Positions 26,400-38,698 of a DNA stretch of 64,000 nt are shown in pieces. Both the position numbers and the translations under genes were made by a program. The stretch is from Fistulifera solaris (Eukaryota): the NCBI GenBank assembly GCA_030295235.1, contig AP026137.1:806001-870000 (forward strand), written 5' to 3'. The first letter of the stretch is position 1. Each line of letters opens with the position of its first letter. The notes beneath the pieces are model-generated. The model saw only the letters and a program-made list of their open reading frames with translations, was not told the origin of the DNA and searched no databases.

Positions 26400-26949
26400 T
26401 TTGTTGCAAGACCTTGTTTCAAAAGAAAAAAGTGGGCAATATCGAGAAGGCGAGGGGGAGGCCAGCTGCGGACCGCGGTACATGTTGTACGGACCGCGGT
26501 ACATGTTGTACGGACCGCGGTACATTTTCTACGTAACCTTCACGGCTACTATTTGAAAGAGAAAGTATATTCGATGCGACATGATACTCTATTCGGACAA
26601 TGTACGCTGCATACATCCAGTATATCAACGTACGGGTACCGTACCGGATGGATGGACTTTGCTGTGTCCTCGTTTTTCCGTGCTTTTTTTTTTTTTATAA
26701 AAAAAAGTCTTGTTGTAATCATTACCAACCAGGTCTTGCTTATTGCTTCGCTATGGAAAGAAAGATTGTCGATCAACTGCCACTCGACAATAATGATAGC
26801 AAACAAACGAATTCTTTTCTCGTCACTTCGACGCGGAGCAAAGGATCGACGGAGATTAGGAATCACCTTTTTCGAGATAGATCCCATGTGAGCTCGCAAC
26901 TCGCCACATCATCGCTTGCAGCACGAAATCCTTCCTTTTCGTTAGTTCA

Positions 26950-28355
26950 ATGCAGTCAAACGTAGGCTCGATATCAAACAAGTACACTTCCTTTCGGATC
27001 CGTAATCTACGGTACAAGAGTGATCAATCTGATCCTGCAAGGAAAACAACAAGAAATGAAGAAACACCCGTTATAGCACCGGGATCGAAGCCTCACTCCG
27101 CCATCGCGGCTCAATTGGAAGAGCGACTCAAACGAGTTGTTAGCGATCTAAATTTGAGCGATCAGCTTTCGGTAATAGGCATTGCTGTCCTTACGGCTCT
27201 CATTTTGACGGCTCCTTATGTTATTCGGCAAATGAAGAAATCAGGTCGAGAAGATTATTCGGTCACGTCGGAAGATCCGGTGGATGATTTGACCATGGTT
27301 GTGAGACGTGCGTGGGACGAGGAAGACGAAGATGAGTCATCTCGAAAAAGCGCTGTTGAAATCATGCTTAAGGATATTTTGAAATCGCAAGGACTGCAGT
27401 AAGCAGCACAGGATTTTCTCATTCGCATTTTGGAAGCGCCCGAGTTCCAGGCGGCGCTGCAACGTTTGGTAAAAAACGATTTGGGCGGACTTAATTTCGG
27501 ATAAGGAAACTGTGGCACTAGTGATTCGACTGCTGCAAATAGCCATTCAAGATCCGGCTGTGAAGAAAGCGGCTCAACTTCTTGTGCTTCAAATTGTTCA
27601 AGATCAGCAAGTCAAAGAGTCGCTCATTGAGCTCATCAAAAGTTTGGGTGCCGAAAAGGCTGTTCTGGATGCTACTCAGACTCTTCTAACAGAGGCCGCG
27701 CATAATGCTTTGAATGATGCGGAAATATTAGACCATTCGATGGAATTCGCGACGGACATGGTGGGAGACGATGTCGTCCAACGAACGGCTGGTGAGGCTT
27801 TGCGCAAATCAGTGGGACACGCTTTTAGACCTGCGTCCACGGTTTTGTTGACAGCGGCAGGTATTGGTTTGATGGTATTCGGTGTGGCTACAATTGGCTA
27901 TGCCAGATCGTCCGACCAAGAAATAGTTTTGTTGGAAACAGCTGCTCGATCACTACAAAGCAATGCCTCTTATGGGATTATGAGGATCGTCACTTGGCCT
28001 TTTCGTGCAGTGCAGGGTATCTGGAGCGATACAGAAATTTATTGTGGAAACCTGTGTGTTGGCTTCAAGATAGTGCCGCTATAATTTCGGAGCAAGCATT
28101 ATCATTGATTTCAGACTCGTTCGACTACGTGTCGAGTCTACCAAGTCGGGGAAGTGTGGCGGTGATGCAAGCCTTGTCGCAAGCTGGACAGGCCACTGCT
28201 GATGCCGTTGTTACTTTTGTTGATCGATTGTTTCAAAAGATCGCCTCCTTGGCGTGTTTATACAAAGATGAATTGGTCGCAGCCATCACTCAGTACTTAA
28301 GGGCAGCTGTTGATTTCGTAGTGGAGTTCGCTCAATCCAATGGCCAGGTCGCGAT
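26950..28355 (+). pseudogene. Truncated nonsense copy 4 of the 515-aa protein gene
   Basis: TAA at 27400-27402, junction at 28355. Confidence 0.9.
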
Positions 28356-28558
28356 TCTATGGATGTTATTTAAGTGCTCAATTGATGCTATAGCGATGTT
28401 TTGGTTGCAGTCGCCAGGTACGCCTGTTTTCTTGTTAGCTTCAGCTGGTACATTTTGCTACGTCACTCTGCACGCCCACTTCTTTTATCTCCATCGCCGT
28501 GCATCGTACTCGATGCCATTGCAATTGCAAGTTCTGCATTCCTTTTATCGTTATCGTA

Positions 28559-29724
28559 ATGCTCTTTTTCCTTCTTCTAGCAGAAAAGGGTGACACGCAC
28601 GGTCTCACGGTGGACACAGTGTGTGGTCAGTGTCGGATTTCTTTCCTGTTGATGCTGATGCCGATGCCGATGCCGATGCCCTATCGACGCATCATCAAAG
28701 ACTATCCGTGTCTGCCAAACAAAGGTTACATACTCGCCAATCTCATCTTTTTTCGGCGGCGGTGGCGGCGGTAGGATCGGATAAAGTCGATGTGTCATCA
28801 TCAGTCGAGGAAAGCAGATGGGACCGCGTCCGAAGGGAAGGAGGCATGTTCTCCATACACACAAAACATACGGTGTTTTTGAATCCGTTTGGACTCTGGT
28901 ACGGTGCGGTGGCTGTCACTCTCGGTATCCCGTGGTATATTGCCATGACAATCTGTCAAATTTTTTACAAGTTGACCGGAGAACGTTTCGATTGACTACG
29001 ATGCATTCCGATTTTTTTATTACACAAATTTTTATTACACAAATTTGGGGGACATTGTTGTTCCGATTGACACATTGTTATCGCAAAATGGAAGGTTTGG
29101 ATATTTTGCGAAAATTCTATAAAGAGCGAGTATGTTGGCAATAACCGTGCTGGACATTCGCCTTCGCAGTTCGCAGGAGGAGTCTCATAATGTTTTTTCG
29201 ACGTCACAGGGGTCGATGTGCCATGCTTGCGGCGAATCACAGCTCATGGATGGACACTTTCTATTTGGGTGCGACCGTCGGCTGGAGAAATTTTAGCCTC
29301 ATTAGCAAAAATGAAGTGCAGCGCGTCCCTATTCTCGGTAAGGCCATCGAGGTTGGCGGCAATATTCTACCTGGTAGTAGATCGACAAGATCGCAAGTCG
29401 CAGCTCATGACGTTGAAAAAGGGAATTCAATACCAGTACTTACAAGACTTTGTACATTTGTGAAGGTATCCCGAGGGAACACGTGCGCATACAAGAAGAG
29501 TCGTGCCCTTTAAAAACGGAGCTTTCAAAATGGCGCACAAGGCTGGTGCACCGGTCATCATCCCCATTTCCATCGTAGGCGCCGATAAATCCATGGCAAT
29601 TCACTGGATGTTCCCTTTCCGACCCGGTCACCCCCTATCACGCGTGGTCGTTCATAAACCGATTGAATCCGAAGGAAGGACGGAAGAGGAGCTGGCGGAG
29701 GCTGTTTCGCAGTGCTATGAATAG
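28559..29724 (+). pseudogene. LPAAT/PlsC pseudogene copy 4
   Basis: Same motifs. TGA after GERFD retained; intron donor changed GT>GC at 29126-29127. Confidence 0.85.
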
Positions 29725-30804
29725 CGGATTGGACGATTACCAAAAGCCACTTGACAAGTGAATCATTGTCCTTGAAAGTACCAGGTACCAGGTATGATCG
29801 GGCAAAAGTGAAATAAGGGATAGTTTCCGGGACTGAAAAGTTGAGTCGTTGGAGAAAAGTAGACAACCGGATTTTTGAAGTCGAAATTCGAAACATGGAT
29901 TGCAATCGCTACTGCAAGCTGCAAGTAGTTGACTACTAATGAAAATAAAGTTAGCCTACCAAACTGTACCCAAATGAACGGAGGTTAGTCTAGAGGTATA
30001 GCAGTCTGCGCCATTTTTCAATGATTCATGACTGATGACTGAAACGCAGTCGTGAAAAAGGTAGCGCACACCCTTATGGGTCTCTATATAGAACAGATGA
30101 AAGACAATGATTTCGCAAGGAATTTCGACGTAAGCAATCGAGTTGTGCATTGCAAATGCTGCAAGGATCATTGTATTAGCACGTCATAAAATACAAACAT
30201 AGCTTACCAACCCAGCAGAACAAACGGAGCTTAGGTAGCAGTGGAACTCGGACCAATCCTGATTCATGACTGAAAAGCAGTCGTGGTTAACATCATTCGT
30301 TACGAGTTACGAGGGGGATCGCTGCAATCTATTTACTCCTATTACTCAGTCTTAGCAACCAGCAAACTAAATAGAATTCTTTTTGAAAACATCCAGTCTA
30401 TTATTGCTAAAAATAGATAGAACGCAGATCCCAGAATCAAAAGGAGCACAACTCTTGCACGAGGAGCTAGAAGAAAGAACACTGTCTCACTGCACCAAGC
30501 CACCGAGCTACGAGTGATTCAACACATGAATCACACCCGCAGACGGCACATCTGGCGTCTTAACGAGAGACATGGGGCCCTACCTTCATCGCAGCGCGAG
30601 AGTTGGCTTGCCACGCCTGGCCAATTGATTTGGGTTTAAAAGAGAGAAAACAAAATAGATTTGGACTTGAGAGTGAACGTACCTTGTCACGGTCCCTGCC
30701 AGATACTCTGCCGTCGAGTTCAAAGCAAACCGGGATTCCAGCACCTCCTCGTGACATTCTCTCATCCTCACCTTTTCTGTCCCTTAGATCAATAAATTAT
30801 TACA

Positions 30805-33600
30805 CTACTTGGGATATCGAACATTCTCCTTGCACAGTCGAGCCAAGTACGGGCGCGCGCGGAAGCAAACATTCTCCTTGCACTTCCGCTCCAGAAAGGG
30901 ACGGGTGCGGAGGCAAGGACCAAGTGTTTTCTTTCGCTTTCGCATCGCATCCACCTCCATTGAATCCACATCGCAAAAGTGTGGAATGGTATCCACGTCC
31001 ATTCCACTCGTGATATCCAATCTCGGCATGGTATCCATCTCCGTTTCACTCAAAAAATCCAATGTCGACATTGCAGAATCCTCCTCTACAAAAGATCAAG
31101 ACACAATCGATGACGCTTCGAACTCCTCACCGGAGAAGAGGAAGAAACAACATCATCTCCCAAAGCGCGCTTACGCGTCCCACAGCCAAGATCCACCACC
31201 ACGACGACAGGATCAAGACACAATCGACGTCGCTTCGAACTCCTCACCGGAGAAGAGGTAGAATCAACATCATCTCCCAATGCGCGCTTACGCGGCCCGC
31301 GAACAAGATCCACCACCACGACGACAGGATCACGACACAATCGACGACGCTTCGAACTCCTCACCGGAGAAGAGGAAGAAACAACATCATCTTCCAATGC
31401 GCGCTTACGCGTCCCGCGAACAAGATCCACCACCACGACGACAGGATCACGACACAATCGACGACGCTTCAACCTCCTCACCTGAGAAGAGGAAGAAACA
31501 ACATCATCTCCCAAAGCGCGCTTACGCGTCCCACAGCCAAGATCCACCACCACGACGACAGGATCAAGACACAATCGACGACGCTTCGAACTCCTCACCG
31601 GAGAAGAGGAAGAAACAACATCATCTCCCAATGCGCGCTTACACGTCCCACAGCCAAGATCCACCACCACGACGACAGGATCAAGACACAATCGACGACG
31701 CTTCGAACTCCTCAACGGAGAAGAGGAAGAAACAACATCATCTCCCAAAGCGCGCTTACGATTCCAACGAGACGGATCATCCAAACCAGCCATCTCATCT
31801 ATCTCCATAGGAACCGGATCATCCAAACCAGCCATCTCATCAATCTCCATAGGAACCGGATCATTCAAACCAGCCATCTCATCGATCTCCATAGGAACCT
31901 CCATAGGATCATACAAACCAGCCCTCTCATCGATCTCCATAGGAACCGGATCATACAAGCCAGCCATCTCATCGATCTCCATAGGAACCTCAATAGGATC
32001 ATACAAACCAGCCATCTCATCGATCTCCATAAAAACCAGATCATCCAAACCAGCCATCTCATCGATCTCCATAGGAACCTCCATAGGATCATACAAACCA
32101 GCCATCTCATCGATCTCCATAGGAACCTCCATAGGATCATACAAACCAGCCATCTCATCGATCTCCATAAAAACCAGATCATCCAAACCAGCCATCTCAT
32201 CGATCTCCATAAAAACCGGATCATCCAAACCAGCCATCTCATCGATCTCCATAGGAACAGGATCATTAAAACCAGCCATCTCATCGATCTCCATAGGAAC
32301 CGGATCATCCAAACCAGCCATCTCATCGATCTCCATAAAAACCGGATCATCCAAACCAGCCATCTCATCGATCTCCATAGGAGCAGGATCACGAGCAAGA
32401 TCCGCAAAGTACTCGCGAACACTTCGTTGCCCGATCCGTTCGATGAAACGACACGACACCAATTTATCATCGGGCGCAAAATGAACTCGACGACGATCAT
32501 CACTTTTCTTTACAATACGCTCCGCAAACAATTTCGTTTTCAATGATTCTAGAGCCGTCGGCTCAATCGACTCCACAACCGGTATCGTCTTCACTGGAGC
32601 AGAAGGCACTGTCCCGACTACAACGGAATCCTCCACAGCCGGTTGCTGAACACAGCAACGACGATGAGCAAGACCCGAAAAGTATTCACGAACACTTTGT
32701 TGCCCGATCCGTTCGATGAAACGACACGACACCAAATTTTCATCGGGGGCAAAACGAACGCGAAGAAGACCGCTTTCCTTCAACAAACATCGGAAATGTG
32801 CGTTCCAAACAGCACGCTTGTTTGAGAATTCACACAAAAGACGAATGGGATCGAGACCAATAGAGCTGCATGTCTCGGAATTCCCCAATCGCACGATATG
32901 AATTGCTTTTGTTGCTGCGGACGACCCACGAAGCTCAGCCAACAACAAAAACAAGCCAACTGCGGAAGCACCGATCCATCTGGCACCTCCACAAGCACCA
33001 ACAGCTCCAATCACCATAAGAAAGAGAATGAAGACGAAAGACACGCAAAAAGTGACACGGTGCTTTCGCTTCAAATCAAATTAAGCTTCCCCGTAGCGTC
33101 AAGTACCGGAGCTACAGGACGAAACATCGTGAGACGTAGAGTCTCCAAACGAACTGGAAACTCCGTGTTCTTTGCCAAGAGAACATCGTCACGATGCGTA
33201 CAACCGTTTGCGTGAAAAGAACGAAGCAAACAGCCGCACGACGACCAAACGACAGCCACATGGTCGAGCAAAAACTCTTCAGCGCCAGAAGAGCGATTTC
33301 TGCGACGGTCCGAGCGCAGAAACGCATCAACACAAGCCCCGCAACGCAAGCAGGCACAAGGATGATGCAAAGAACGGAAAAGAGCGACAGAACAAGCAAA
33401 CAGACGCAGGAGAAAACACACACCGACTCCGAAAGCGACTGAACACTTGCGATGCCGCGCAGCATACTTCCAATCTCCAGAGCAAACTGAATCTCCGCCG
33501 GAGCGAAGAAACAGCCAATCCGGCCGACAGGAGACGAAAGGATGCAAGTAAAGAGCACGAAGCTCGCGAAAGTTTTGTTTGTTTTGATAAAGTTTATCAT
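30805..33600 (-). CDS. Orphan repeat protein copy 5 (14 MEID repeats, ~6 39-aa repeats)
   Basis: The 662-aa ORF 31086-33074 joins the hydrophobic segment, both RVxF modules, the MEID array and the 39-aa array in one frame. The C-terminus (30805-31071) follows a 1-bp shift in an A run. Confidence 0.65.
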
Positions 33601-34145
33601 TTTGTTGCAAGACCTTGTTTCAAAAGAAAAAAGTGGGCAATCGAGAAGGCGAGGGAGGCCAGCTGCGGACCGCGGTACATGTTGTACGGACCGCGGTACA
33701 TGTTGTACGGACCGCGGTACATTTTCTACGTAACCTTCACGGCTACTATTTGAAAGAGAAAGTATATTCGATGCGACATGATACTCTATTCGGACAATGT
33801 ACGCTGCATACATCCAGTATATCAACGTACGGGTACCGTACCGGATGGATGGACTTTGCTGTGTCCTCGTTTTTCCGTGCTTTTTTTTTTTTATAAAAAA
33901 AAGTCTTGTTGTAATCATTACCAACCAGGTCTTGCTTATTGCTTCGCTATGGAAAGAAAGATTGTCGATCAACTGCCACTCGACAATAATGATAGCAAAC
34001 AAACGAATTCTTTTCTCGTCACTTCGACGCGGAGCAAAGGATCGACGGAGATTAGGAATCACCTTTTTCGAGATAGATCCCATGTGAGCTCGCAACTCGC
34101 CACATCATCGCTTGCAGCACGAAATCCTTCCTTTTCGTTAGTTCA

Positions 34146-35693
34146 ATGCAGTCAAACGTAGGCTCGATATCAAACAAGTACACTTCCTTTCGGATCCGTA
34201 ATCTACGGTACAAGAGTGATCAATCTGATCCTGCAAGGAAAACAACAAGAAATGAAGAAACACCCGTTATAGCACCGGGATCGAAGCCTCACTCCGCCAT
34301 CGCGGCTCAATTGGAAGAGCGACTCAAACGAGTTGTTAGCGATCTAAATTTGAGCGATCAGCTTTCGGTAATAGGCATTGCTGTCCTTACGGCTCTCATT
34401 TTGACGGCTCCTTATGTTATTCGGCAAATGAAGAAATCAGGTCGAGAAGATTATTCGGTCACGTCGGAAGATCCGGTGGATGATTTGACCATGGTTGTGA
34501 GACGTGCGTGGGACGAGGAAGACGAAGATGAGTCATCTCGAAAAAGCGCTGTTGAAATAATGCTTAAGGATATTTTGAAATCGCAAGGACTGCAGCAAGC
34601 AGCACAGGATTTTCTCATTCGCATTTTGGAAGCGCCCGAGTTCCAGGCGGCGCTGCAACGTTTGGTGAAAACACTTTGGGCGGATTTAATATCGGATAAG
34701 GAAACTGTGGCACAAGTGATTCGACTGCTGCAAATAGCCATTCAAGATCCGGCTGTGAAGAAAGCGGCTCAACTTCTTGTGCTTCAAATTGTTCAAGATC
34801 AGCAAGTCAAAGAGTCGCTCATTGAGCTCATCAAAAGTTTGGGTGCCGAAAAGGCTGTTCTGGATGCTACTCAGACTCTTCTAACAGAGGCCGCGCATAA
34901 TGCTTTGAATGATGCGGAAATATTAGACCATTCGATGGAATTCGCGACGGACGTGGTGGGAGATGATGTCGTCCAACGAACGGCCGGTGAGGCTTTGCGC
35001 AAATCAGTGGGACACGCTTTTAGACCTGCGTCCACGGTTTTGTTGACAGCGGCAGGTATTGGTTTGATGGTATTCGGTGTGGCTACAATTGGCTATGCCA
35101 GATCGTCCGACCAAGAAATAGTTTTGTTGGAAACAGCTGCTCGATCACTACAAAGCAATGCCTCTTATGGGATTATGAGGATCGTCACTTGGCCTTTTCG
35201 TGCAGTGCAGGGTATCTGGAGCGATACAGAAATTTTATTGTGGAAACCTGTATGTTGGCTTCAAGATAGTGCCGCAACAATTTCGGAGCAAGCGTTATCA
35301 CTGGTTTCGGACTCGTTCGACTACGTGTTGAGTCTACCAAGTCGGGGAAGTGTGGCGGTGATGCAAGCCTTGTCGCAAGCTGGACAGGCCACTGCTGATG
35401 TCGTTGTTACTTTTGTTGATCGATTGTTTCAAAAGATCGCCTCCTTGGCGTGTTTATACAAAGATGAATTGGTCGCAGCCATCACTCAGTACTTAAGGGC
35501 AGCTGTTGATTTCGTAGTAGAGTTCGCTCAATCCAATGGCCAGGTCGCGATGGCATCAGCGACCTCTGTGTTCAACAGAGGGAAGACGTCTGTTCATATT
35601 GCTGATAAGGCTATCATCGATTACTACAACAGGCTGCTCGAACTTTTGGAAATCCTTCTGGAGCAGCTGCGTTCATCCATACGAATCGAGTAG
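34146..35693 (+). CDS. Hypothetical alpha-helical protein with two hydrophobic segments (intact parent of the truncated copies)
   Basis: 515-aa uninterrupted ORF; hydrophobic stretches LSVIGIAVLTALILTAPYVI and VLLTAAGIGLMVFGVATIGYA. An out-of-frame upstream ATG at 33989 (MIANKRILFSSLRRG...) resembles a mitochondrial presequence, so the real start may lie there. Confidence 0.8.
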   Translation: MQSNVGSISNKYTSFRIRNLRYKSDQSDPARKTTRNEETPVIAPGSKPHSAIAAQLEERLKRVVSDLNLSDQLSVIGIAVLTALILTAPYVIRQMKKSGREDYSVTSEDPVDDLTMVVRRAWDEEDEDESSRKSAVEIMLKDILKSQGLQQAAQDFLIRILEAPEFQAALQRLVKTLWADLISDKETVAQVIRLLQIAIQDPAVKKAAQLLVLQIVQDQQVKESLIELIKSLGAEKAVLDATQTLLTEAAHNALNDAEILDHSMEFATDVVGDDVVQRTAGEALRKSVGHAFRPASTVLLTAAGIGLMVFGVATIGYARSSDQEIVLLETAARSLQSNASYGIMRIVTWPFRAVQGIWSDTEILLWKPVCWLQDSAATISEQALSLVSDSFDYVLSLPSRGSVAVMQALSQAGQATADVVVTFVDRLFQKIASLACLYKDELVAAITQYLRAAVDFVVEFAQSNGQVAMASATSVFNRGKTSVHIADKAIIDYYNRLLELLEILLEQLRSSIRIE

Positions 35694-35821
35694 ATGTATC
35701 ATTGATCATTATTTATAATACTACGCAAAATAAAATGTATAGGATCTTGGAACTTAGTCGTCGCTGCTACCATCCTCAAAAGCAGAAGATACATATTTCG
35801 CCTGAGTTTTGTCGAACTTCT

Positions 35822-38323
35822 TTATCTTGGCATTGGCAACAAAAGTCTGCAAAGGAAGAACCCAGCACCAGCCAACCCAAGAGATCGGAATAGACTCTTG
35901 CTTGCCAAACCGGCCACGTTTAAGCAAAGTGACGCAAGCAACATGTTTTCTACCGCACCCTGTCTTAATCCCATTCGCTCAAGCGATTTTTCGTTTTCAA
36001 GCGATCTAACACGAATCTTCAGCGATCCTGTTTCGATTGCTCGGACTGTTTCTTCGATGTAAGCAATTTTACGAGGTTGCATTATGGCAGTATTGATGTC
36101 GTCCTTGTTCAAACCCGTTGCTTTTTGAAAATGGAGAAATTCTTTTCTGATTCGGATGCATAGCCTTTTTCAGCGTCAATGAACTTCTCAATGAATGGCT
36201 GGGCGAGCTTGCCTAGATCAAAGTCTGCGTCCAACTCTTTGCCGATACCTTCGATGCACACGTAAGCTCTGAAAACAAAAGTAAACGTGCTAGGAAAACG
36301 GAAGGAGTTGTTCTCTGTAAGTGTCTGGAGGTCAGTACCCAGAGTCTCTTTGATATTCTTTCCTTTGTTCTTTCCCAATTGAGCATCCTTGAAGGATCGC
36401 ATAAAGTATCTGGAAAGCTTTTCCACCGCAAGACGATCTGCTCCTTTCGACAACACGCCGGCTTGTTCCACTCCGTTGACTAGTTCTTTTGCGTTCCGGG
36501 CTAGTTGCAGGTCAGAAATCATCGGCCCACCAGCAAACAATGCTTTGCAGAAAGTCTTCAGCCCGTTGCTGACGTTTGGTTTCAATTCATCCATTTGCCC
36601 AAAATCGTAAAAAACAAGGTTTCCTTGTTTGTCGACACACAAATTTCCCCTTTCAAGATGTATCGAAGTGTGAGATTCAGAAATAGTCGCCAACTGCAAA
36701 GCGAAAAAAAACGAAAAGTTTTACGTACGAGTGGGGATCGCAATGGAAATAGGACGTTTCTATGACTTGTCGAAGGAACGAATCAGCCACTCTTTTAGCG
36801 AGAAGCTTGCGGTCTAGTTCGTACTTCTCGATGGTTTTAATATCCGTCAGCTTCATGGACTCGACGAACTCCATAACCAATACCCGGGGCGTAGTGACCT
36901 CTCGATACACACGAGGTACTCGTACCCACTCAATATCCGCAAAATCACGAGCAAAGCGTTCAGCGTTGCTGGCTTCGTTCAGATATTCTATTTCGCGGTA
37001 CAACTGTCGCTCCGATTCATCGTAAATACTCACCCAATCGCGGTCTGCACCATCCGACTTGGGGTCAAATTTCTCCAAAAGTACAGCAAGTTTGCGGAGA
37101 TTCTTCAGATCAATATCAAACAACTCTTTTAATCCAGCGCGCTGCACTTTGATAGCCACTTTGGTCCCTTTGTAAAACGCGGTATGCACCTGACCTAAGC
37201 TTGCAGCCTTGAGTGGTTCCGGTGAAAAGTCACGAAAGATCTCGTCGACCGGCCGCCCAAGTTCTTTCGATACAATCTCCTTCGCTCGTGCTCCGCTGAA
37301 TCCGGGAACTTCATCTGTTAAGGTTTTCAGAACATCGGTATACGTTTTCGGAAGAACATCCGTACGAGTCGAGGCAACTTGTCCCAGCTTGACAAAGGAA
37401 GGTCCCAATCTCAGTAAGTTGTCTCGAATAAATTCGGCTGCTTCTATTTGAGCTTTGTTAATTTCCTCTTCACTCGCCCCCTTCTTTCTCATCTTTCGGG
37501 GCTTTAGTACTCGAAACACGGCTTTGAGAGCAAACTTCCAGACTTCGGCGTTTCGTTTAATGGACGAAGAATTGGCGCGTTCTTCCCACCCTCTTTCTAA
37601 AAGTTCACCGTCCGTCAGACCACTCAAATCTTCCTTTGTTTCCTTTATCGAAGATTTTCCGAACGCAGATCGAACAGCACCCATCACCGACGATACTTTC
37701 GACTTCCAAGTAGGGGTCGATTCAACGGCTGACGTCTCGGCTTCGTCATCTTCCTCTTGTTCATCATCATCATCGAGAGAGCCACGGCTGACCAGTTTCA
37801 ACGTTTTCCCAATGGTTGCTTTCATGCGTAACCGCAAACTTTGCTTGGACTCTTCATCGACACAAAGTTCATCCTTGGCTTCCCCCGTGAGGGGGATTGA
37901 TTTCACATTCCTCATCGACCAATTCTTCGGCGATTTTCTCCGCCTCTAATTCCACTTCTTCCAAAGCAAAATCTCGGCTACATCCTCGTTTTCGAGTACT
38001 AGCGCAGCCGAGGTAGCCGTGGCGTTGTCGATAAAGGCGGTTTCGCTGATCGGTTCCAGTTCTTTTGAGTCGTCAGTACGGACGGCTTCAACGACTGTCT
38101 TTGCCGTTTCTTGAATCGATTCGTTTACGGCGGTCTGATTACTTTCCAACTGTGGCTCATCTTTCGCAGTTTTCTGTTCCACGACAGCTCCATCGAGGGT
38201 CGAAGCCTTCAAGGCAAGCGGTGAAGGAACTTGTACGCTCCTCAATTGAAATGTTTTGGGTACAGGCTGATTCGTAAAGGCTACTGCGGGCACAAACGTG
38301 CACAGCAGAACTGAGAGCTTCAT
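35822..38323 (-). CDS. ABC1/UbiB (ABC1K) atypical kinase, plastid-targeted
   Basis: Motifs LGPSFVKLGQ, AASLGQVH, VAIKVQR and YDFG; HCDPHSGNL is restored by a GT-AG intron at 36650-36728. N-terminus MKLSVLLCTFVPAVA-F is a signal peptide with an ASAF-like cleavage site. Apparent 1-bp frameshifts near 37950 and 36115. Confidence 0.9.
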
Positions 38324-38698
38324 CTTTTGTGTTGCTTTCAGTGATAGATAATAATCAAAGTCTCATGTAATATGTGCGTCAAGTATGGTTTCCTTTTTCA
38401 ATTTGAATGGCAATGATCGCCCGTTCCATTGCAGCGCAACAAGAAACGCAACACGTACGCCATTTATTAGTGCTAGTACGACACATAGCACGTTCTTACT
38501 CTATGTTGTTCAGTAGTCTCGTCGCCCTAAACGTTTTCGGCGACTGCACAGAAATTTTTGTTGCATAGAAATAAATAAACGCAGCGACACCAACCTCCAA
38601 AATGGCGTCGACAGCTCTTTACAATAAGAGCGTTTCTAGCCGTCATTAGGCAACCAACAATCGACAATTCACCATCAACGTTTCAATTTGTGACATAG

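Larger units (their letters stand above)
1..35551. repeat. Head-to-tail tandem segmental amplification, 7.1-8.0 kb unit, 4 complete units plus a partial unit at the left edge
   Basis: The window start (ccagcagaacaaacggagc) recurs at 7643, 15689, 22757 and 30212. The identical junction ...caggtcgcgat|tctatggatg occurs at 5790/5791, 13825/13826, 20893/20894 and 28355/28356, while the last copy continues ...caggtcgcgat|ggcatcagc at 35551. Units measure 8035, 7068, 7462 and 7196 bp; the length differences come mainly from internal minisatellites. Confidence 0.97.
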
